Below are positions 57,334 to 64,000 of a stretch of DNA of 64,000 bases, piece after piece. Under the pieces are notes generated by a model. It was not told where the DNA came from. It worked only from the letters and a program-made list of their open reading frames with translations, and ran no database searches. The stretch lies in the NCBI GenBank assembly GCA_947084965.1, contig CAMTUG010000001.1, forward strand, positions 1,375 to 65,374, in the 5' to 3' direction. A program made the position numbers and the translations under genes. This stretch comes from an uncultured Parcubacteria group bacterium (lineage in GTDB: Bacteria; Patescibacteriota; Patescibacteriia; UBA9934; CAMTUG01). How positions within the stretch are numbered: position 1 is the first letter of the stretch; the number at the start of each line of letters is the position of its first letter.

Positions 57334-58521
57334 ATGGGTAAAGTTACTATTGATCCAAAAGCGATTGACGAGGTCCTTTCACGTGGTGTGGACGAGGTCA
57401 TCGTCAAGAAAGAATTGCGTGACCGTATGCTCTCCGGTGAAGTGTTGCGCGTGAAGCTCGGGATCGATCCGACGAGCCCGAATTTGCATTTGGGTCGTTC
57501 GGTCCCGCTTCTTAAGTTGCGTGACTTCCAGAACCTTGGTCACAAGGTCGTCTTCATTGTCGGTGATTTTACTGGAGTCATCGGCGACACTTCGGACAAA
57601 GATTCTGAACGCCCGATGCTTGAACAAAAGACAGTCAAAGAAAATCTGAAAAAGTACGTGGAACAGGCGGCCAAAATTCTGGACATTAAGAAAGCAGAGA
57701 TTCACTTTAACTCTGAGTGGCTGAAGAAATTGAATTACGTTGATGTGGCTGAGCAGGCGAACATCTTTTCGCTCGCTGAGTTTATTGCCCGTGATAATAT
57801 TCGCCGACGATTAGATGCAGGGACGCGTGTGTCGCTGCGCGAAGTGCTTTACCCATTGATGCAGGGATATGACTCGGTGGCGATCAAAGCAGACGTCGAG
57901 CTCGGCGGCACGGATCAGCGCTTCAACTTGTTGGCTGGACGTGAAATGCAACCACACTTTAAACAGAAACCGCAGAACATCATCATGAATCCGCTCGTCG
58001 AAGGAACAGACGGTCGTAAGATGAGCTCGAGCTGGGGGAACACAATCAATTTTTCCGACGAACCAAACGACATGTTTGGAAAGGTGATGTCGGCGTCGGA
58101 CGCATTGATCATCAAGTATTTCACCTTTTTCACACGCGTGCCGATGGCACAGATTGTGGAGATGGAAACGGCGATGCGGAACGGAACGAATCCGAAGGAG
58201 ATCAAAATGCGCTTGGGTCGTGAGATCGTCCGTATGTACCACTCCGTAGAGGATGCGGACAAGGCGGTCGAGTCGTTTGACCGGATGTTCAAGGAACACG
58301 CGGCGCCAGAGGAGATGCCGGAATTCAAAATCAGTGGAGCGATGTCGATCATCGATGTGCTCGTCGGTGCTGGGCTCAACAAATCCAAGACCGAAGCACG
58401 GGCGGTGATTCATGAAGGGGGCGTCAAAATCGACGGGGTGGTGATCAATGATTTCAACATAACCGTGAAAAAAGGTTCGGTGATTCAAAAAGGGAAGCGG
58501 CATTTTATTCGATTAGTTTAA
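57334..58521 (+). CDS. tyrS: Tyrosyl-tRNA synthetase
   Basis: A class I core with KMSSS (a KMSKS variant) and a C-terminal S4 domain. Confidence 0.85.
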   Translation: MGKVTIDPKAIDEVLSRGVDEVIVKKELRDRMLSGEVLRVKLGIDPTSPNLHLGRSVPLLKLRDFQNLGHKVVFIVGDFTGVIGDTSDKDSERPMLEQKTVKENLKKYVEQAAKILDIKKAEIHFNSEWLKKLNYVDVAEQANIFSLAEFIARDNIRRRLDAGTRVSLREVLYPLMQGYDSVAIKADVELGGTDQRFNLLAGREMQPHFKQKPQNIIMNPLVEGTDGRKMSSSWGNTINFSDEPNDMFGKVMSASDALIIKYFTFFTRVPMAQIVEMETAMRNGTNPKEIKMRLGREIVRMYHSVEDADKAVESFDRMFKEHAAPEEMPEFKISGAMSIIDVLVGAGLNKSKTEARAVIHEGGVKIDGVVINDFNITVKKGSVIQKGKRHFIRLV

Positions 58522-58537
58522 GGGGTTTCTATCTTCG

Positions 58538-58579
58538 TTTTCCGATTACTTCGTATTTCGACATTCGGATTTCGAATTC
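58538..58579. repeat. CGAAATY-family element, copy 3
   Basis: TTTTCCGATTACTTCGTATTTCGACATTCGGATTTCGAATTC. The core is nearly identical to 15282-15318, and the tail is the reverse complement of GAATTCGAAATCCGAA. It ends 8 nt before the argS ATG. Confidence 0.6.
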
Positions 58580-58586
58580 AAACACT

Positions 58587-60299
58587 ATGGCAGTGATGCA
58601 AAACGCCAGACAAGAAGTGATCAAAGCGCTTAAGGCGGCGGTGGGGAAAGGATTTTCCTCGACCTCCCAAGAGCTCGAAACGCCGCGCGATCCGTCGCAT
58701 GGGGATCTTTCCTATCCCTGTTTTGCCTTGGCCAAAGGGCTGAAGCGCAATCCGGTCGAGGTCGCCGCAGAGATCGCCCCAAAGATCGCCCACAAAGGAT
58801 TGATCAGCCGTGTGGAGACCAAAGGCCCGTACATCAACATCTATCTGAACACCGCCAAGCTTGCGGAACAGATTTTTCTTGAAACGGAATCAGAAGAGTA
58901 CGGCGCGAGTGATGCGGGTCATGGAAAAAAGATTCTTGTTGAGTACTTTCAGCCGAACACCCACAAAGAAGTGCATGTCGGTCATTTGCGCACGGCGCTC
59001 GTCGGACAGGGGGTGGTCAACGTGGAGCGGGCCAACGGAACCGAGGTGGTGCCGGTTAGTTACATCAACGATCTCGGCATTCACGTGGCGAAGTGTTTGT
59101 GGGCGATCCAAAAGTTTCATCCAGATGAAGAGCCGACAAAGGAAGAGCGCAATGCCTTTCTTGGCAAGGTGTATACCGAGGCCACGGTTTGGCTTGAAGA
59201 GCATCCGGAAGACAAGTTGGAAGTGACCAAGATTTTCCAAAGTTTGGAGGATGGTCATCGTGGATGGCTCGGGTTGTGGAAGAAGACGAAGCGGTGGTCG
59301 ATGGATGTGATTCAAGATGTGGCCGCTGAACTCGATCTGACGATCGACCAGTGGTATTTCGAAAGCGATGTTGTTGATCGGGCTGACCGCATCGTTCAGG
59401 ATTTGCTCGAAAAGAAGATCGCCGAAGTGAGCGAGGGGGCAACGATCGTTGACCTACAGGACGAGAAGCTCGGGGCCAATCTGCTCAAGCGCACGGACGG
59501 GACGATGCTCTATAATGCCAAAGATCTTGCCTTGGCTTTGAAAAAGGATGAACAGCACGCCCCAGACCTTTCGCTCTACGTGATCGACGTGCGTCAGTCA
59601 CTCGCCATGCAACAGCTTTTTGCCACGCTCAAGCGGATGGGGTTCAAAAAGCGTTTGGAGCATGTTTCTTACGAAATCATTACCTTGCCGGAAGGGGCGA
59701 TGTCTTCGCGTAAGGGGACGATCATCAAATACGAAACGCTCCGCGATGAGCTGATTCGCATTTCGACCGAAGAGACGAAGAAGCGTCATCCAGAATGGAA
59801 AGAAAAGAAAGTGATTTCGACCGCCCGCGCCCTAGCTTTTGCTGCACTCAAGTTTTCGATCCTTGCACACGACTTAGACAAGGTGATCGTTTTTGATTTT
59901 AAGAAGGCTCTTTCCTTCGACGGGTTCACGGGGCCGTACTGCTTGTACACTTTGGCCCGGATCGAGTCGATCTTCCGCAAAGGAAAAGCACAGATCGCCA
60001 CAGCAACGGGGAAGGGAAGCGGATCGCTGACGCACCCGTCCGAAGCGGCACTTGTTCGCAAGATCGCTGAATTGCCAGACGTGGTGTATCGGGTCGGACA
60101 AACGTATCAGATTTCTGCGGTGGCTAATTATGCGTTTGACTTGGCTAAGCAGTTCAGCGAGTTTTACCACAACTGTCCGGTGCTCCAGGCCGAATCATCG
60201 GCAATGATGGAATCACGTCTGGCGCTCTGTCGTGCTACGAGCCGAGCTCTTAAAAATGCTCTGGCCCTTTTAAACATCGATCCCGTTAACGAGATGTAG
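58587..60299 (+). CDS. argS: Arginyl-tRNA synthetase
   Basis: HVGHLRTALVG (HIGH region) and ArgRS N- and C-terminal domains. Confidence 0.9.
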   Translation: MAVMQNARQEVIKALKAAVGKGFSSTSQELETPRDPSHGDLSYPCFALAKGLKRNPVEVAAEIAPKIAHKGLISRVETKGPYINIYLNTAKLAEQIFLETESEEYGASDAGHGKKILVEYFQPNTHKEVHVGHLRTALVGQGVVNVERANGTEVVPVSYINDLGIHVAKCLWAIQKFHPDEEPTKEERNAFLGKVYTEATVWLEEHPEDKLEVTKIFQSLEDGHRGWLGLWKKTKRWSMDVIQDVAAELDLTIDQWYFESDVVDRADRIVQDLLEKKIAEVSEGATIVDLQDEKLGANLLKRTDGTMLYNAKDLALALKKDEQHAPDLSLYVIDVRQSLAMQQLFATLKRMGFKKRLEHVSYEIITLPEGAMSSRKGTIIKYETLRDELIRISTEETKKRHPEWKEKKVISTARALAFAALKFSILAHDLDKVIVFDFKKALSFDGFTGPYCLYTLARIESIFRKGKAQIATATGKGSGSLTHPSEAALVRKIAELPDVVYRVGQTYQISAVANYAFDLAKQFSEFYHNCPVLQAESSAMMESRLALCRATSRALKNALALLNIDPVNEM

Positions 60300-60337
60300 G
60301 GGCCAGCCCTTGTCCGTGGCTCTCCCTTTGGGATAGG

Positions 60338-61141
60338 ATGAGTTTGCCCACGACAGGAGTCTCCATGCCGATCAATACGGATCCGTCGACCGTGGTCGAC
60401 GCCAAGGATTTCTCGCACGTCGGGGCGTATCTCGACGAGTACTACGATGCCCTGACGCCAGAGAACCTGGACGTTGGGCTCTTCCTCCGGCGCGCCTGCG
60501 AGGGTGCCTCGGCCGCCGGACGGGTAGGGTCTGCGTTGCTCGACGCGGGGTGTGGGCCGACGATGCTCTACTGGACCGCCTTCCTTCAGGGGTTCGTGGA
60601 GCTTCACGGTTTCGACGCCCGCGAAGAGAACATCCGGTACCTGCATGGCCTGATCGACGATGCTGCTGTTGGTCGGATCCAGCCGAGGTACCTCGATCTC
60701 TACGGTTTCGCGGCCGCTCGCGCCGTGCCACCGATCACGCCGGTCGAGTTCTTCGCTGAGTTGGCCGGCAAGGTCCGCGGACTCACGAGTCACGACATGA
60801 ACGACCCCTGGCCGTACCCGGACGCTTCGTTCGCTGTGGTCACTTCCGTCTTCGGGATGGAGTGTCTCCCGAGTAGGGAACGGATGCGGTTCGCCATGGG
60901 GGAAGCACGGCGCCTGCTCCAGCCCGGTGGTCGCCTGGTCCTCGTGACCATTGCCGAAACCGATCGGTGGAAGTGTGGCGAGGTCATCGGTCGCTGTCTC
61001 AGCATCAATCGCACGATGATGCTCGAAGATCTGGCCCTCGCCGGCTTCCGTGCGGCCCGCGTGACTGAACATCGCGCCACGACTGCCGTCCTCCGCAACC
61101 AGGGCTACAACAAGATGCTCTTCGCCCACGCCGAACCGTGA
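60338..61141 (+). CDS. Class I SAM-dependent methyltransferase on a third high-G+C island
   Basis: LLDAGCGPTMLYW (motif I) and LLQPGGRLVLV (post-I). Codon third positions are strongly G/C, unlike the flanking argS and membrane genes. Confidence 0.65.
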   Translation: MSLPTTGVSMPINTDPSTVVDAKDFSHVGAYLDEYYDALTPENLDVGLFLRRACEGASAAGRVGSALLDAGCGPTMLYWTAFLQGFVELHGFDAREENIRYLHGLIDDAAVGRIQPRYLDLYGFAAARAVPPITPVEFFAELAGKVRGLTSHDMNDPWPYPDASFAVVTSVFGMECLPSRERMRFAMGEARRLLQPGGRLVLVTIAETDRWKCGEVIGRCLSINRTMMLEDLALAGFRAARVTEHRATTAVLRNQGYNKMLFAHAEP

Positions 61142-61734
61142 GGTTTTCTATGTCCATTCCTCTCATCGCCAGCTTGGCGACCCTCCTGCTCGTGATCGCC
61201 TCGGACATCACCTACGTCCGAGGCATCTTTCTTGGTCAAACGAAACCGAGCCGTAGTTCCTATTGGGTCTGGACGCTCGTGCAGGCGATGACGGTCGTGA
61301 GTTTTGGATTTTCCGGTGGATCTCTTGGGGTCACGTTGAACGCTGCTTACGCGTTCGGCTTTCTGTTATACGCCTTCCTCTCCCTCAAATACGGAGAAGG
61401 AACATGGGGCCGAATCGACACGATCTGCCTCAGCCTGGCCCTTGTCGCTGGACTGGCTTGGTACCTGACTCGCTCGAGTGAGATCGCTGTCTACATTCTC
61501 CTTGCCGCCGACGTTATCGGGGCGATTCCGACACTGATCAAGTCCTGGCATCGTCCAGAGAATGAAGATCTGTGGGCTTGGATTCTGAGCACCGTTGCCT
61601 CGTTCACCAATATTTTTGCGATCACGGGTTTTGACTTTGCCTCCTGGGATCTCGTCTTCTTTTTTCATGCCCTCACCTACATCGCGATCAACGGTTTGAT
61701 CGCCGCCGCGATTTGGTTACGTTTACGCGCATAA
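61138..61734 (+). CDS. Hypothetical membrane protein
   Basis: 198 aa with about 6 TM helices. It overlaps the methyltransferase stop by 4 nt. Confidence 0.5.
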   Translation: MRFSMSIPLIASLATLLLVIASDITYVRGIFLGQTKPSRSSYWVWTLVQAMTVVSFGFSGGSLGVTLNAAYAFGFLLYAFLSLKYGEGTWGRIDTICLSLALVAGLAWYLTRSSEIAVYILLAADVIGAIPTLIKSWHRPENEDLWAWILSTVASFTNIFAITGFDFASWDLVFFFHALTYIAINGLIAAAIWLRLRA

Positions 61735-61759
61735 TTGTGCTATAATCGAAGCACTTCCT

Positions 61760-62578
61760 ATGTCTATCTTTTCTTTTCTTCGTGCGCGTTCTTCTAAAAT
61801 TTTTCTTCTGACGTTCGTCGTGATGACGATGTGGTGGGTGTGGCTGATGCTCGGTGGATTTCAAGAACAGACAGTGAACTACTATTACGGACTCGTGTTT
61901 GTGACGATCCCGATCGTGGGCGGGGCGTTTGGCTTGTATCGCGCATGGCGATGGGGCTGGATGAGGAGTCAGATGGGTCGGGCGATCATGTGCTTTTCGA
62001 TCGGACTGATTTCTTGGGGCGTCGGCGGCTGGATGTACTCGTACTACAATTTTTTTCTTGCCGTAGAAGCACCGTACCCGTCGATCGCTGATTTTATTTA
62101 TCTCTCCAGCTACCTCTTCTGGGCCGTTGGTTTACTTTATCTCTCCCGCGTGATCGGCGTGAAGCAGGCGCTCAAAAAAGCGAGCGGAAAAGTCCTGTTT
62201 TATGTGGTCCCGGTCCTTGCCTGTCTGATCTCCTATTACATTTTGATTATCGTTGCCCGTGGCGGATACCTCGATCTGACCGGTGATGTCTGGAAAATCT
62301 TTGTGGACATGGCCTATCCAGGCGGTGACATTGTCATGATTACCTTGACCGTTCTGTTGTTCACCCTTTCTCGCAAGTCTCTCGGCGGTCGGTACAAAGT
62401 GCCGGTTCTTATCCTTCTGGCTGGGTTTCTTCTGAATTACTTTGCAGATTTCGCCTTTGCTTGGCAAACAACACTCGGTGTTTGGTACGTGGGCAACTGG
62501 GTGGATTTTCTCTACACCGCTTCGATGACCACTCTGGTCCTGGGGATCACCGCCCTTGATCCGGATTATCTTGAATAA
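61760..62578 (+). CDS. Hypothetical polytopic membrane protein
   Basis: 272 aa with about 8 TM helices, rich in Trp and Tyr. Confidence 0.5.
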   Translation: MSIFSFLRARSSKIFLLTFVVMTMWWVWLMLGGFQEQTVNYYYGLVFVTIPIVGGAFGLYRAWRWGWMRSQMGRAIMCFSIGLISWGVGGWMYSYYNFFLAVEAPYPSIADFIYLSSYLFWAVGLLYLSRVIGVKQALKKASGKVLFYVVPVLACLISYYILIIVARGGYLDLTGDVWKIFVDMAYPGGDIVMITLTVLLFTLSRKSLGGRYKVPVLILLAGFLLNYFADFAFAWQTTLGVWYVGNWVDFLYTASMTTLVLGITALDPDYLE

Positions 62579-62581
62579 TCT

Positions 62582-62860
62582 ATGCCCGTTAAAAAAGAGG
62601 AACTCGTGCTACGCATCGTGCGCGAACAGGAGCTCGTCATCGGGCCTCTGGCTTGGCGCGAAGCCAAGAAAGTTTCTGGACTCCAGGTGGGGGAGGACGG
62701 GCAGGTCAAAGTGAGTGGATCTTTCAAAATAGTTTTGCAGGCCCTTGTCCAACGCTATGAAGGGTTATTTGGTCCAGCGTCCGTCGACGTCTGTCGTGAA
62801 GCGGTTAAAGGGTTGCTACCAGACGTTCCGAAAGAGGATGTCCCTGACGTTCTTCGTTAA
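62582..62860 (+). CDS. Small hypothetical protein
   Basis: 92 aa, starting 4 nt after the upstream stop. Confidence 0.4.
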   Translation: MPVKKEELVLRIVREQELVIGPLAWREAKKVSGLQVGEDGQVKVSGSFKIVLQALVQRYEGLFGPASVDVCREAVKGLLPDVPKEDVPDVLR

Positions 62861-62862
62861 GT

Positions 62863-64000
62863 ATGTTTGGGTGGTTTAAGCGTGACAAAACGGTGCCGCA
62901 GGCGGTTGATACTGCTCGTGAACTGTACGTGCGCAATGCCGAATTAGCATCGCGTAATAAGACGTTCGCCTTGCTGCAACGACTGGATGCGATCGCTTTG
63001 GCGAGTTTAGGGACAGCAGAGATGGCCCATGCGATCTCTGAATTGTTGATTAAGGAGTTTAATTATCCGTTTGCCGGGATCGCTCTTGTTGATTCCCGTC
63101 GTCGCGCCTGTCGCTGGATCTCTATCTCCTGTGCAGTCCAGGATCAGTCCATCTGCGACGTCGCGCACTTGAAAAAGATCCCTCTGACGGCCGGCGCGCA
63201 TCCGTGCGTGATCGCAATGAAGACCGGTCGAAGGGTAACGGTGCGCCAACTCGAAACGTTGCTCGGAGGCTCGGCCACAAAGGCGGAGCAGGCCGCGTTT
63301 AAAAAAACGGTCAACGTGCAGAGTTGTTTGGTTTTTCCACTTCTGTCTTCTTCGGGGCCGATGGGGGTTCTTGTTGCTGGATTGAATCGTACAGACAGGG
63401 ATCTGACTAAGTATGAAAAGGAATCATTTGGCGCACTGGCTAACTTGGTGACCGTTGCCTTGGAAAAAGCTCAGACCTTTTCTTCCTTGGTAGAGACGGC
63501 ACGGAATTTGAAGGCTGCGAACGCCAAGCTCACCAAGCTCGATGCCGCCAAGACGGAATTTTTATCGATCGCTTCGCATCAACTGCGTACACCGCTTTCC
63601 ATCATTCGGGGCTACGTGACGATGATGCAGGAGGGGGCATTTGGCAAAACGACCGAACGGCAGGGGGAGGTCGTGGTGAAAATTCGATCGAGCACGGAGT
63701 CTATGATCGAACTGGTCAATCAACTCCTCTCTGTGTCTCGCATCGAGTCAGGGAGGACGACGGTCGAAATCAATCGCATGCATGTCGTCCCTTTGTGCAA
63801 AGAGGTTAAGGACTTTTTATCGCTTCGCGCCAAGGAGCGCGGTCTGACATTGACGTGTGACACACCAAAGATGGCGATGGTGCTCGGTGACACGGCCAAA
63901 GTAAAAGAAGTGATAACCAATTTGGTCGAGAACGCCCTCAAATATACGGATAAAGGATTTGTGCGGGTGAAGTTTTTCGACGAACCACAGTTTGTGCGCG
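62863..64000 (+). CDS. Sensor histidine kinase with a GAF-like N-terminal domain, 3'-truncated at the window edge
   Basis: The frame stays open from the ATG at 62863 to the end of the window. The H-box is EFLSIASHQLRTPL and the N-box is NLVENALKYT. It has no TM segments. It is absent from the ORF track because no stop falls inside the window. Confidence 0.8.
   Translation, partial: MFGWFKRDKTVPQAVDTARELYVRNAELASRNKTFALLQRLDAIALASLGTAEMAHAISELLIKEFNYPFAGIALVDSRRRACRWISISCAVQDQSICDVAHLKKIPLTAGAHPCVIAMKTGRRVTVRQLETLLGGSATKAEQAAFKKTVNVQSCLVFPLLSSSGPMGVLVAGLNRTDRDLTKYEKESFGALANLVTVALEKAQTFSSLVETARNLKAANAKLTKLDAAKTEFLSIASHQLRTPLSIIRGYVTMMQEGAFGKTTERQGEVVVKIRSSTESMIELVNQLLSVSRIESGRTTVEINRMHVVPLCKEVKDFLSLRAKERGLTLTCDTPKMAMVLGDTAKVKEVITNLVENALKYTDKGFVRVKFFDEPQFVR

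Noticed and set aside
1-64000. A search for CRISPR arrays, rRNA genes, integrase, recombinase or transposase catalytic domains, phage structural genes, and toxin-antitoxin pairs.
   Set aside because: I saw no regularly spaced direct repeats with unique spacers, no rRNA-like conserved blocks, and no DDE, tyrosine-recombinase or serine-recombinase motifs. The HTH stub at 37162 is the only transposase-like fragment.

Overview
This 64 kb window reads as a compact bacterial chromosome segment of roughly 50-55% G+C with very short intergenic spacers, and most of it is housekeeping. It carries five aminoacyl-tRNA synthetases: ileS, trpS, and a valS-tyrS-argS run preceded by a probable T-box leader. 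It also carries uvrA, ruvA, RNase J, rplS, gmk, secG, the CCA-adding enzyme, an RluA-type pseudouridine synthase, RNase P RNA (rnpB) and five tRNAs: Ala-TGC, Arg-CCG, Leu-CAG, Val-GAC and an unusual Ile-TAT. A long minus-strand operon holds central sugar metabolism: two PfkB kinases around a class II aldolase, a split transketolase, rpe, rpiB, a 2-hydroxyacid dehydrogenase and an MFS transporter. A second locus holds surface-polysaccharide genes: a WbaP-like sugar transferase, three GT4 glycosyltransferases, a DUF4012 protein and a large repeat-domain membrane protein. I saw no CRISPR array, no rRNA, and no intact phage, integrase or transposase gene. The parts that deserve a second look are listed as findings. 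(1) A disulfide-rich, pilin-like membrane protein is translationally coupled to a CxxS DsbA-like protein behind a heptamer tandem repeat. (2) A 991-aa orphan protein sits next to tRNA-Ala, whose 3' end is duplicated 74 nt away. (3) Three separate high-G+C single-gene islands encode orphan proteins, one of them antisense inside the glycosyltransferase locus. (4) A family of short CGAAATY-based repeat elements abuts gene starts and is also inserted in-frame inside ileS, and a 32-nt perfectly identical element occurs at two loci. (5) A 37-aa lysine/alanine-rich histone-like gene is missing from the ORF track. (6) An EndoQ-like PHP/zinc-ribbon nuclease is present. (7) Several core proteins carry lineage-specific tails. 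I could not recognise any complete known defence or mobile system. Every function call below comes from reading motifs by eye, not from a search.
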